A DNA stretch of 64,000 nucleotides from Myxococcota bacterium (GCA_036337435.1 JAYZEG010000001.1:64001-128000), one strand, 5' to 3'. Counted from the stretch's first letter, positions 40,865-50,826 are shown. Made by a program: numbers and translations. The notes: a model not told the origin generated them from the sequence alone.

Positions 40865-41979
40865 CACGTTTGCTTTGCCTCATGATTCTGCTCACGGGCT
40901 GTGCTGCCGAGACGCCGAAGGACGATTATCGGAATTATCGACAACGCACAGAGACGGCTCGCACCGACATCTGTGCACAATCGACCGGCTCAGGACAACT
41001 CAGCGACCTCACGGGAATGTGGCTCATTCGAGCATTGCTCAACGGCGGTATTACCCTCGGTTTACGAATTGAAATTCGTGCTGCTGAGGGTGAAACAGCA
41101 GTGCCACCTAAACGGATTGAGGCTCGTTTCTGGCTGGAAGAAAACCCCCTCGACATGGAGCCAGTGGTGACCACGGTGGCAGATATTGGAGATGATGGAC
41201 GGTTTGTCATTATCGCCGATCCCCTTGAATTGGGACCTGAAACCTTGGGGTCGCCGTCGACGGTAGCCGCCAGAGTAGAGCTGCATGGCCAAGCAATCGA
41301 TGCTGATGGCTGGTGCGGCATCGTCTTTGGTAATGTGGTCAGTCCGCTGAATTTGAACTTGGAGGGCTCGACATTCGGTGCCAGTCGGCTCACCGATGGA
41401 CTCAACTCCGATTCAGTCCCCTATCGCTGCCCTGGTGATCCCTGTGTACCCGATGCCAGCCCACCTGAAGATACAGGTCTCGTGCCTGATGCCGGTGTGT
41501 CTATTCAACCAAATAGGCCCGCCTTCGACGTGGCGAGTGGACAGCGACATAACATTACGGGCGACTGGTTTCTCCAGGCCAATTTGTCTGGCTTACCCCT
41601 CAATTTGTGGATCTCACTCAATTATCGAAGCGGAGATGAGATCACCAGTCCGGCCTCCCTCGATGGCAGTCTGCGTTTGGCGACAGATCCCATCGAGCAA
41701 CCCGCTCGACTGACTTTTTCCGCACAGGTCAACGAAGACGGTGAATTCGACCTCTGGCTACCAAATCTAGAACTCGATATCGGAGCCTTAGTCGTCAGGG
41801 GTGATATTTTATTGTCAGCAGCAAGCTTTGACGATGGCTGGTGTGGATTGGCTGCTGGCAACGTCACCGATCCCTTCGAAATTGATCTCACTGGCTCGAC
41901 TTTCGGCGCACTGAGATGGATGCCCGGAACCGAGGCACCAGACGAACCGCTCAGTGCATGTCCATCAGATGACCAGTGA
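40861..41979 (+). CDS. Lipoprotein with two tandem homologous beta-rich domains
   Basis: LLTG-C lipobox; internal duplication (DLTGMWL...GWCG...GNVVSP...LEGSTFGA vs NITGDWF...GWCG...GNVTDP...LTGSTFGA); ATGA overlap with the FadL gene. Confidence 0.85.
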   Translation: MTRLLCLMILLTGCAAETPKDDYRNYRQRTETARTDICAQSTGSGQLSDLTGMWLIRALLNGGITLGLRIEIRAAEGETAVPPKRIEARFWLEENPLDMEPVVTTVADIGDDGRFVIIADPLELGPETLGSPSTVAARVELHGQAIDADGWCGIVFGNVVSPLNLNLEGSTFGASRLTDGLNSDSVPYRCPGDPCVPDASPPEDTGLVPDAGVSIQPNRPAFDVASGQRHNITGDWFLQANLSGLPLNLWISLNYRSGDEITSPASLDGSLRLATDPIEQPARLTFSAQVNEDGEFDLWLPNLELDIGALVVRGDILLSAASFDDGWCGLAAGNVTDPFEIDLTGSTFGALRWMPGTEAPDEPLSACPSDDQ

Positions 41980-42535
41980 GCGTCCCGCCGAACAACCACT
42001 TTGGTTTTTCGGATATGGTTCACTGATATGGCGCCCAGACTTTCCGTTTCTGGAGCAGCAGCCGGCTCGTCTTTCCGGATTTATTCGACGCTTTTGGCAA
42101 GGGTCACCAGACCATCGGGGTACGCCCTCAGAGCCAGGTCGCGTGGTCACTTTGGTCCCCGACCCTACGGGACATTGTGATGGGGTTGCTTTCAGAGTGT
42201 TGCCCGACCATCTGCAGTCTATTCTTGAGTACCTAGATGAACGAGAAAGCGGAGGCTACACGCGCATTATCTCACCAATCGACATGGGGCACATTGTGCA
42301 CGCCACAGTCTATGTTGCAAACCAAAACAACCCCCATTATTTGGGTCCAGCTGACTTAGACCAGATGGCCCAACATATCGTCAGAAGTCAGGGTCCGAGC
42401 GGAACCAATCTTCAATATCTGACAGAACTGGCTCGCAGCCTGGACAATTGGCGCATCAAAGATAAGCACGTCCTGGATTTACACGCTCAATGTCTACGGA
42501 TACAGCACTGCGAGGGCGTCTCGGATGAGCGCTAG
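41969..42535 (+). CDS. chaC: ChaC-like glutathione-specific gamma-glutamylcyclotransferase
   Basis: WFFGYGSLIW, RRFWQGSPDHRGT...PGRVVTL, YLDERE, GPSGTNLQY. Confidence 0.93.
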   Translation: MTSERPAEQPLWFFGYGSLIWRPDFPFLEQQPARLSGFIRRFWQGSPDHRGTPSEPGRVVTLVPDPTGHCDGVAFRVLPDHLQSILEYLDERESGGYTRIISPIDMGHIVHATVYVANQNNPHYLGPADLDQMAQHIVRSQGPSGTNLQYLTELARSLDNWRIKDKHVLDLHAQCLRIQHCEGVSDER

Positions 42536-43135
42536 GCTTCCCGCTAACCGGTGGTCATCATCGGCCTGAAATAGAGACAGGACGCCTGGCGAACGCCTGG
42601 CTACTGACACGCTCTCACTTAAGGGAATGACGGCGTCATGTGCCCCATGGATGATCACAGTATTGGCCTCGATTACAGTTCGGGATGCGGCTCGGCACTC
42701 GGTCCAAAAAGAAAAAGGTAAGTCGACAAGCCCGCCAACAGCCGCATGCTGATACTGTATGAATCCACTCGACGACCATTGAGAGAAAGCCTTTTCTCCT
42801 AGCCTGTTCCGAAACGACTCATGCACACCGAATGCGGGTGCGAGCAAGATGGTTTTGTAGGCGTCTGAGGGCCGATTTGATAGTGCAACTGCCGATGCGA
42901 GACCACCCATGCTCGAGCCAACGAGCAGAGAGATCTCAGGGTGTAAATCGAGGGTTTCCGAGAGCACCGAGACGTGGTCTGAAAAACACCACCCCTGACT
43001 ATGAAGGGTAGGTGCGACCACCTCCATACCAAGGGAATCACGCAGGTAGGTTGCTTTTCGTCCGTTAGGTCGGCCCTCGAAACCGTGGGCAAAAATAACC
43101 TTTTTGGGGACAGTCCCTGTGGATTTCATGGTCAT
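42494..43135 (-). CDS. YqiA/YcfP-type alpha/beta hydrolase (esterase)
   Basis: FAHGF, GSSMGG nucleophile elbow, IIHGAHDAVI, DDDHRL; ATG 43135 overlaps the upstream gene's TGA. Confidence 0.88.
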   Translation of the reverse strand: MTMKSTGTVPKKVIFAHGFEGRPNGRKATYLRDSLGMEVVAPTLHSQGWCFSDHVSVLSETLDLHPEISLLVGSSMGGLASAVALSNRPSDAYKTILLAPAFGVHESFRNRLGEKAFSQWSSSGFIQYQHAAVGGLVDLPFSFWTECRAASRTVIEANTVIIHGAHDAVIPLSESVSVARRSPGVLSLFQADDDHRLAGSLALIRDALAVLYP

Positions 43136-44619
43136 CTTCGCAGCGTCCTCCTGGCCGTCCCAATGGAAATACACCAGAGGATGACTGTCGCAATGGCCGG
43201 CCCTAAAATGCCCATGCTAACGAAGACTGCTGTCCATCCCTCGACCTGCCCATGTAGAGAGATCGCTTGGACCGTCGACAGTACAAAATCCGTAAGGGTC
43301 GCTCCGGCTAAGAACATGCTGAGTCGAGGTGCTGTCGCATGTTGGACTTTGAGTAAGGCACTCAGCGAAAACAACCCTGTCGCCAGCAGACTATTGAAGA
43401 CGATCCAAGCCACCTGAATGCTTTGGTCACCAAACCAAAATGAACCGTCCACATTGGCTAAAAGCCCAGTCCAAAGTATGAGAATTAAACATTGAACCGC
43501 CAATAGAAGAGACCAAAACTGGGGGGTAACTCGTGCGAGCAAACGTCTGAAACTATCGAATAAAAACGCCCAGGTAGATTTTGGGGCGAAAGCTTTTAAG
43601 AGAACTGCAGTGGCTTTTACACCACTGGTTTCCCGAGTCTTCAACAGATACTGGGGCACCCAGCGATGTGGATTGAAACGACCTTTAAATCGATATAGCC
43701 CGTCAAAATCGTAAAGACCCTTTACCCAATTCAACATTTTATAACCGAAAGGCCCGATGACACTCGCCCCCCTCGAATCCGTCGACAGCCGAGCTAATGG
43801 TGCCAGGCCAAGTGTCGCAAAACTGGACCCGGTCGATTGAACATCGATCATCGCCGTGTGGATTAAGAGTTCACTGGTGCCATTGGGCGCATCAGGCGTT
43901 CTGATGACATCTTCAAAAAACCAACCCTGTCGACCGTACACGGGGACAGCGGCTAAAAAACCTACGGGCTGCCCACCGTGCAGAGCAAGAAAGTAGCGTT
44001 TCTCATTGGCAAAAGAGAATGGCTCTAAACTGACCATGAATTTGAGAATCCCGATTGGCCGAGCGTCCATCCAGCGTTTCATAACATGGCGAATCGCAAG
44101 TTTCGCCGTGCCCTCAAATTCACCCGATGGCAAAGCCTGTACCTTTTGAATTGATACATTCTTGTTTTTGGCGCGATTGATCTGCGCTCTCAACGTTTTA
44201 TTCTCAGCACCCTCAATGGTGTAATTCTGGCAATCCCATTCGGGTTGTTCTCCGATTTTGACGATATCGAAATGGTCTAATTCAGACCCAAAGTGAGACA
44301 AGGCCCATTCTTCCACACCTGCCAGAAGCACACGCCAACCATTGGATTCGGAAAATTGCCTAAACGCAGACAAGGCCATGCAGAGTCGGTCTTGAGACAC
44401 GATGGGTTGGCCGACAACGACGGCAAAACCACCGGTCACTAAGTATGCCACAGCGCATTCATGTCCATCATCGTCAGACCAAAACCAATAGGTGTATCCT
44501 TCTTCGAGCGCTTGAAATGCACTGGCAAATCGGCCGTGCTGACGGATAAGCGACAAAACCCGTAGACGGTCTTCGGCAAGGCTGGCTTCGTTGATGAGCC
44601 TGCTGTCAACGGACTGCAC
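43132..44619 (-). CDS. DUF2156 / MprF-C-like tRNA-dependent aminoacyltransferase domain with C-terminal TM helices
   Basis: VVVGQP, KIGEQ, LRAQINRA, RTPDAPNGTSELLI, TLGLAPLA, YDFDGLYRFKGRFNPHRWVPQYL; about four TM helices at the C-terminus. Confidence 0.88.
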   Translation of the reverse strand: MQSVDSRLINEASLAEDRLRVLSLIRQHGRFASAFQALEEGYTYWFWSDDDGHECAVAYLVTGGFAVVVGQPIVSQDRLCMALSAFRQFSESNGWRVLLAGVEEWALSHFGSELDHFDIVKIGEQPEWDCQNYTIEGAENKTLRAQINRAKNKNVSIQKVQALPSGEFEGTAKLAIRHVMKRWMDARPIGILKFMVSLEPFSFANEKRYFLALHGGQPVGFLAAVPVYGRQGWFFEDVIRTPDAPNGTSELLIHTAMIDVQSTGSSFATLGLAPLARLSTDSRGASVIGPFGYKMLNWVKGLYDFDGLYRFKGRFNPHRWVPQYLLKTRETSGVKATAVLLKAFAPKSTWAFLFDSFRRLLARVTPQFWSLLLAVQCLILILWTGLLANVDGSFWFGDQSIQVAWIVFNSLLATGLFSLSALLKVQHATAPRLSMFLAGATLTDFVLSTVQAISLHGQVEGWTAVFVSMGILGPAIATVILWCISIGTARRTLRR

Positions 44620-44906
44620 TGAGTCTACGCCCCTATCACTGGTTACAGACCCAAATAACCTAACTCGAAACTGGTAGCTGAGAAATCATAAATAGACCCC
44701 ACTGCTTTGGCGTTTCCATCGATGTTCGTGTTTGTCGACCAAAAATCAGTCTGATTTCTGTGAGAACATGGCCAAAAAATGATTTTCGAGTTAGCTTTTA
44801 TTGGTCTTTTGAAAAAACCTGCCCCCATACAACCCGCAGTGGAATTAGGGGCTGGCCAAAGTTCAAATGACGGTTTTGCCAAAGTCGGCGAGGAGATATC
44901 GTCAAC

Positions 44907-47900
44907 ATGAGTACGATGGACGACAAGAACGAACAGGACAAGGCTGAGGTAACCGAGCCAAACCGAGAGCAGTCGACGCAATCTAATTTCTTTGATGAAG
45001 ACGATATCGCGGAAATTGCGGCCGAGGCCGATGACGTTCTGAATGCACTCTTCGCCGAAGACGCATCGGGGATAGACGACATCCCCGCCGATCCAACTGA
45101 ATCGGAAGATCCCCCAGAATCTGACTCCATGTCTGCGACCATTGCCCTTGATGAATCTGACATTGATGAGGCCTTGGACAATCCAGCTTCAGGGCTCGGT
45201 ACAATCGCCCTTGATGACAACGACATTGATGAAGCACTCAGCCAAGCTCAATCCGGCGGCGCGACAATCGCCCTCGATGATTCGGATATCGATGCTGCCT
45301 TAGATTCAAATCAGGTTTCGCCAACACAGACCATCGCCCTCGACGAGCGTGATATCGATATCGCCTACCTGGTTGGCGACGAGCAAAATGAAACCAAACA
45401 AGCAGAGAGTATGGAGCCCGATAACGGTCCGTCCGACCTAGATAAAACCTTGCTTAGACTCGATGCCGTAAAAGGAAATGAGGCTGATGTCTCCGGTCAT
45501 TCAGAACCAGCGGGAGGATCAGCAGAAACTCAGTCCAATATCCTCGAACTCCAACAAGCACTCAAACTCGCCACAGAAGAGGTTGCCCAACTTCGCATCA
45601 AGGGACGAGAGCAGAAGGTCGAAGAAACGCGCCTTCGAACGGAAATCGGTCAAGTCCGCGATGAACTTCTCAAAGCAAAGCAGGACTTGAGTGAATTTAA
45701 ATCATTAAGTGAACAAGCCAACGAGCAGTTGGAAGAATCAAAGGCGTCTAGCAAGAAACTGCAATCATCGACGCGATTGATCGAAGCCCAGTTGAAGGAG
45801 CTTGATGGTGTCCGAGCTGAGGTGGAATCAGAGCGTGACCAAGCTCGCTCGGAGATTTCAACTTTGCGAACGAGAATGAGCGAACTTCGGGAAAGACTGG
45901 AGAGGACGCAAGCAGAAAGCGAGCGGCATTATATCCTAGTCACAGAAACTCAAACAAAAGCCCGCTCTAATGATGAACGACTCCGAACTGAGTTGGCCGA
46001 ACTCCAAGAGAAAGCAACGGCAGACACGCTGGACTTATCCAATCAGCTCGCCGAGTTGAAGGAAAGCCAAAGCGCGCTGGAGGACCAACGGGAAAAAGAA
46101 ACCAGCGCACTGGTTCGAGAGCGTGACCAGACCAAAGAGCGGTTGGCCGAGCTGAGGACGACCAGTGATGAACAGATCGCGCAGCTCAAAGCTGAATTGG
46201 CGCGCGTTCGCGACTCGTTAATCACGGAGCTCGGGGATGCGAAGCGAAATACAGAAACCATAGAGCAGGAGCTGGGGGCGAAGACGGCTGGTCTCCAAGC
46301 TGAAGTCGATCACCTGCGAAACAATCTCTTAGAGGCGGAACGAACACATGCGGATCGATTGACTGAAACCCGGGAACAAAACGAGGCCACTCTCAAAGCC
46401 CTGCGAGACGCCCATCGGGAAGCCATTGAAGAAATTCAAGCCGATATGGAAGCTCGTCTAAAGCAGCAGGCTGACGCCCATCTCAACGCAATTGAATCGA
46501 TTCAAACTGAGCATGCTAACGAATCTGATGAAGAAAAGAGCCGGGATGAATCTCTTGCAGCATTGCGGTCTAAGCATGCAAAAGAGCTGGAACGCATCCG
46601 CACCGAACATATTGCTGAGACGCTTGGTCTAAAGCGAAAACACACGGAAGCTCTTGAGGTTCGCGAGCGGGAATTAAAACATACTGAAGCTGAAAAAATT
46701 GACCTGCTGACAAAGCAACATAACGCGTCCATCGAAGCTCTAAAACGAAATTCAGATGGGGAAATCAAAGAGATAAAGGCTCAGCATGAGCGCGCGATGG
46801 CGACACTCCGAAACGACGGTGCTGGTCAATTAGAGCGACTGCGTGATGGCCACCAAAAACGTCTTGACGAGATGAATGCGGAACAGCGAAAAGCCACCGA
46901 GGGCTTTCACGATGCCTTACGCAAAGCAATTGAAGATGTGAATGGAGAACACCGATCAACCATTAATGAACTCAACCAGGTTCACAGTGCCGCACTAGAT
47001 AACCAAGCAAAACTGATGGATGAACGGCTGGCCGACCAAGCGAAGACACATGAAAAGACAATTGAAGCCCTAAAGGCAGACCATGCGAAGACCATCGGCT
47101 CACTCACTCGAGAGCATGGCTCGGCTTTCGATGAACTTGAGAAACGACATTCGTCTCAATTGAAGGCCACCATGGAGGAACATGGCACATTGGTCGAAAC
47201 GCTCACACAGGATTGGACGAATCAACTAAAAGAGTCTGAATCAAACTTAGCGACCGCACGTGACAACCTCGAAAATGCAGAGACTCGCTTGGCTGCCGAG
47301 CAAGAACGCATCTGGCAGGGCAAACTAAACGAAATGATCACCGAGCATAATCAAGGACTCGAATCCCTCCGTGTCGAACAGGCCGATGCGATGGCGGTCA
47401 TCGACTCCGAACTGAGCGCAGCCAAAAATGAACTGGCGACAAAGACTGCGCTGCTTGAGGCGAAATCTCAGGAAATGCGTCGAGCCGCGGAAGCTTCGGA
47501 AGCCCAAAACGTATCCCTAGAGAAGTCTGTTGAGGTCCTGCGGGCTGAAATCAATCAACTCAACGGGCACCTGTCCAAATCAAATCAGGACTTAGAGGCC
47601 AGCCAACTCCAACTTAGGCATATCACCAGTCGGTTTGAAAACGCGGATAAAGAGTTAAAAGAAACGGCCAGACGCCTCGCAAACGAGCAAAGCGCAAAAG
47701 CCGACGTCGAAGTTGAATTCGCTGCTCGACGGGCTGATCTAGAAGCCAAGTTTAACATGGATACGGAACGGCTATCTGAACTTGAGCGTGCACTGGCGAA
47801 CCTCAATGAAACACTGGCCGAGCAGGATGACAAAATGCGAGCTGCTCATGCTCGTGCAGACACTGCAGAAGCGCACGTCATACAATTACGGGCAGAAACA

Positions 47901-48035
47901 GCGGAGCTGCGTGAACAAGCGACAGCCCGAGAGGAGAGCTTCAAGAAACTCCGGATGGCCATAGCCGTTGCCAATACCTTCGCAGGACAAGTGGGCGATG
48001 ATGAAGCGTCTCAGGGTGGAGAACACGAGTCTTGA
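44907..48035 (+). CDS. Large coiled-coil protein with acidic repeat-containing N-terminus
   Basis: GAGGAG RBS; 1042 aa; about 200-aa acidic disordered head followed by continuous heptad-rich E/L/A/K/R/H sequence. Confidence 0.9.
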   Translation: MSTMDDKNEQDKAEVTEPNREQSTQSNFFDEDDIAEIAAEADDVLNALFAEDASGIDDIPADPTESEDPPESDSMSATIALDESDIDEALDNPASGLGTIALDDNDIDEALSQAQSGGATIALDDSDIDAALDSNQVSPTQTIALDERDIDIAYLVGDEQNETKQAESMEPDNGPSDLDKTLLRLDAVKGNEADVSGHSEPAGGSAETQSNILELQQALKLATEEVAQLRIKGREQKVEETRLRTEIGQVRDELLKAKQDLSEFKSLSEQANEQLEESKASSKKLQSSTRLIEAQLKELDGVRAEVESERDQARSEISTLRTRMSELRERLERTQAESERHYILVTETQTKARSNDERLRTELAELQEKATADTLDLSNQLAELKESQSALEDQREKETSALVRERDQTKERLAELRTTSDEQIAQLKAELARVRDSLITELGDAKRNTETIEQELGAKTAGLQAEVDHLRNNLLEAERTHADRLTETREQNEATLKALRDAHREAIEEIQADMEARLKQQADAHLNAIESIQTEHANESDEEKSRDESLAALRSKHAKELERIRTEHIAETLGLKRKHTEALEVRERELKHTEAEKIDLLTKQHNASIEALKRNSDGEIKEIKAQHERAMATLRNDGAGQLERLRDGHQKRLDEMNAEQRKATEGFHDALRKAIEDVNGEHRSTINELNQVHSAALDNQAKLMDERLADQAKTHEKTIEALKADHAKTIGSLTREHGSAFDELEKRHSSQLKATMEEHGTLVETLTQDWTNQLKESESNLATARDNLENAETRLAAEQERIWQGKLNEMITEHNQGLESLRVEQADAMAVIDSELSAAKNELATKTALLEAKSQEMRRAAEASEAQNVSLEKSVEVLRAEINQLNGHLSKSNQDLEASQLQLRHITSRFENADKELKETARRLANEQSAKADVEVEFAARRADLEAKFNMDTERLSELERALANLNETLAEQDDKMRAAHARADTAEAHVIQLRAETAELREQATAREESFKKLRMAIAVANTFAGQVGDDEASQGGEHES
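45138..45370 (+). repeat. Four intragenic TIALD[ED]xDID repeats
   Basis: TIALDESDIDEAL, TIALDDNDIDEAL, TIALDDSDIDAAL and TIALDERDIDIAY at about 21-22 aa spacing. Confidence 0.9.
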
Positions 48036-49318
48036 AATCAGACGTCGAATTAATTGCCGATAAACGGAATGGATGTACCCTCAAACCCGAGGACATTAAA
48101 CGGTTTGTTGCCGATTACGCGACCGGAAAAATCCCTGATTATCAAATGGCCTCAATGGCTATGGCGATTTACTTCAGAGGCCTGACATCAGAGGAGTTGG
48201 GACCGTGGACAGAAGCCATGCTTCATTCTGGGCGGGTCATCGACCTCAGCCATATCAAGACGATGAAGGTAGACAAGCACAGCACAGGGGGTGTGGGTGA
48301 TAAAATCAGCCTTCCATTGGCCCCCCTTGTCGCCGCCTGTGGCGTCCCGGTGCCGATGATCAGTGGCCGTGGTCTCGGACACACAGGTGGGACATTAGAC
48401 AAGCTGGAGAGCATCCCCGGCTTTAGGACAGACCTCGATGTCGAGCGGTTCATCAGCCTAGTAGAGACCATCGGGGTTGGACTCATCGGCCAGACAGCCG
48501 ATGTCTGTCCTGCGGACAAGAAACTCTATGCATTACGCGATGTGACGGCCACCGTCGAATCGATCCCATTGATCTCAAGTTCGATTATGTCGAAGAAGCT
48601 TGCCGAAGGGATCGATGCACTCGTCCTCGATGTCAAGGTGGGTAGCGGGGCGTTCATGAAAACCGTTGAAGACGCACGAGAACTGGCCCAGACGATGGTG
48701 GGCATCGGTGAATCGATGGGCAAACGGACGGTGGCTCTGCTCACGGATATGAACCAACCCCTCGGGCGAATGGTCGGTAACGCATTAGAAGTTCGTGAGA
48801 GCATTGATATTTTAAGTGGACGTGGACCCGAGGATGTTCGAGAGCTAACGCTGGCTTTGGCCGAAGTCATGCTCGAGCTGGCAGGCGTCGAACCGAGCCT
48901 GGCCAAAATCCGTCTTGACGATGGCTCAGGTCTCGCCCGATTTGCGGATATCATTGAGGCTCAAGGCGGAGATCGACGGGTTATCGAAGAGCCGGGACGA
49001 CTGCCCACAGCAAAGGAACAGCTCGTCTTTACCGCACAACAAAGTGGGGTTATAGAATCCATGGACACCCGAGGTATCGGTATGGCAGCGGTGCTGTTGG
49101 GTGCAGGTCGATTACGAACCGATGATCTCATCGATCCCAGCGTGGGTATCGAACTCGATGTTCGCTTGGGAGACCGGGTCGACAAAGGTCAGCCGCTCGG
49201 GACAATTCATCATAACGGTGACGGGGCATCCATTGCTAAGAATCGGCTCGAGAAGGCCATCGTGATTGGAGACGGGACGGCCATCGATGGGCCCCTCGTC
49301 ATCGAGCGCATTGGCTGA
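48032..49318 (+). CDS. pdp: Pyrimidine-nucleoside / thymidine phosphorylase
   Basis: DKHSTGGVGDK, SGRGLGHTGGTLDKLESIPG, LYALRDVTATV, SSIMSKK. Confidence 0.96.
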   Translation: MKSDVELIADKRNGCTLKPEDIKRFVADYATGKIPDYQMASMAMAIYFRGLTSEELGPWTEAMLHSGRVIDLSHIKTMKVDKHSTGGVGDKISLPLAPLVAACGVPVPMISGRGLGHTGGTLDKLESIPGFRTDLDVERFISLVETIGVGLIGQTADVCPADKKLYALRDVTATVESIPLISSSIMSKKLAEGIDALVLDVKVGSGAFMKTVEDARELAQTMVGIGESMGKRTVALLTDMNQPLGRMVGNALEVRESIDILSGRGPEDVRELTLALAEVMLELAGVEPSLAKIRLDDGSGLARFADIIEAQGGDRRVIEEPGRLPTAKEQLVFTAQQSGVIESMDTRGIGMAAVLLGAGRLRTDDLIDPSVGIELDVRLGDRVDKGQPLGTIHHNGDGASIAKNRLEKAIVIGDGTAIDGPLVIERIG

Positions 49319-50699
49319 AGAGATTCCCTGCGAGGCACTCCTCGACGAGGCACTCTTCGACCCCGATCCGGTGGTCCGAGATCGAGCGAATCAAGCACTT
49401 GCCGAGCGGGTCGAATCGGACTGGCTCTTGAAGACGATCGACGCATTGGATGCAGCCAGAGATCTGACCCGCAGACGGGCTCTGAGACTGCTGTCAAATC
49501 TGCCGCCAAAACACTCACACAAACACCTTAAAGCTGTCCTCACGAATCCGGATGCAGCTGTCCGGATCCGCGTGGCTGCAGCTCGTGTTCTCACAGCAAC
49601 ATCAGATGGTGAGATTCAAGAATTCAAGACGGCTTTAACAGCTGATCAGGTCAAAATTAGACGTGCATCCGCAACGGTATCTGCTCCAAAAGCAGCTTTG
49701 ATGAGCGCACTTTTTGATACCGATACCGAGGTTGTGAATCGAGCCGCCCATGCGCTTTTAAAGAGAGAAATTAAACTGCCACGGGCGCTCTTGACTCGAT
49801 TCGAATCGGTCTCAATTCAGCCGTCTGAAAATCTAGTGCGCTTGATTGCATTTTCGGACTCAGAGTCACATCTACTCCACGGATTCGCCCAGCTCGGTAT
49901 CAACGCTGCCTACGACTACTCCACCTCTGTAGACACACTCGCTGATCGACCCATATTGAAAGCCTGGGCTCTGGCCGAACAAGGCCGGTTTGACCAACTG
50001 CAAGGGGGTCCGAAAGAGCCCTATGTGAGAGCATGTCTGGCACGACATCTTCCAATAGATCACCCACAACTTCAGAGGCTCATCCATGATGCTGACACGG
50101 CGGTCTCCTGGTTCGCTGAGCAAAATCTGGCAGGCCGATATGCTGACGACCAAATGGCAAAGCGCCTAGAACCCGATCCGATCCAGTTGTCACCCAGCAG
50201 TCAAGCACCCTACGGACTGAGGGCGTCCGACAGGATAGGACCCACCCAACGAGTCGACGCGTGCCTGGCTCTTAACCAGCCCCGATTTAATATGAATCTT
50301 GGGGTCGCGATGCGCAGTGCAGAAGCCGCCGGGATCAATCGAGTCGTGTTTGTAGGCCGAGGTGATTTCATGCGGAGTCCGGCCCGTGGTGCCGACCTGG
50401 CACTAGATGTGACAACGTGTTCAGACGCCGCAGCACTGGTGACCTTCGCGCGGGAAAACAATTACCAAATTGTCGCCATACAGCAAACGGCGTCCAGTGT
50501 GGATTATCATCGAGCCACGTATCCACCCAAGCCCCTGTTCGTGGTCGGCTCTGAAGATGCTGGTATGCCAAAAGCACTCAGAGAAGCGGCTGACTTGGTG
50601 GTTCAGATCCCGCAATTTGGCCTGATTGACAGCCTCAATGTAGCTACGGCTGCGACGGTGGTCCTCTTTCATTGGCGTGTCCATCTCACAAATAGCTAA
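49311..50699 (+). CDS. HEAT-repeat + SpoU/TrmH RNA methyltransferase fusion
   Basis: HEAT-like repeats (LFDPDPVVRDRA, LFDTDTEVVNRAA, LIHDADTAV); SPOUT motifs NLGVAMRSA, VVGSEDAG, IPQFGLIDSLNVATAA. TTG start at 49311 is inferred (ORF open from 49266). Confidence 0.85.
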   Translation: MAEEIPCEALLDEALFDPDPVVRDRANQALAERVESDWLLKTIDALDAARDLTRRRALRLLSNLPPKHSHKHLKAVLTNPDAAVRIRVAAARVLTATSDGEIQEFKTALTADQVKIRRASATVSAPKAALMSALFDTDTEVVNRAAHALLKREIKLPRALLTRFESVSIQPSENLVRLIAFSDSESHLLHGFAQLGINAAYDYSTSVDTLADRPILKAWALAEQGRFDQLQGGPKEPYVRACLARHLPIDHPQLQRLIHDADTAVSWFAEQNLAGRYADDQMAKRLEPDPIQLSPSSQAPYGLRASDRIGPTQRVDACLALNQPRFNMNLGVAMRSAEAAGINRVVFVGRGDFMRSPARGADLALDVTTCSDAAALVTFARENNYQIVAIQQTASSVDYHRATYPPKPLFVVGSEDAGMPKALREAADLVVQIPQFGLIDSLNVATAATVVLFHWRVHLTNS

Positions 50700-50826
50700 G
50701 CGGTTGAGACGGGGCTGCAGTCTTCTTCGAAATGCCGATTCTGTGAGAGTTCTAAGTCATTCAGAGAGCCACAGTTGATCCCGAAAGTCAGCCGGGATAG
50801 GGTCAACCAATTGATTGGAGGATGAC

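Noticed and set aside
44643..45237. Minus-strand ORFs of 84-142 aa
   Set aside because: Antisense shadows of the coiled-coil gene start and the divergent promoter region.
44907..48035. SMC or SbcC call for the coiled-coil protein
   Set aside because: No Walker A/B, signature motif or hinge is visible.
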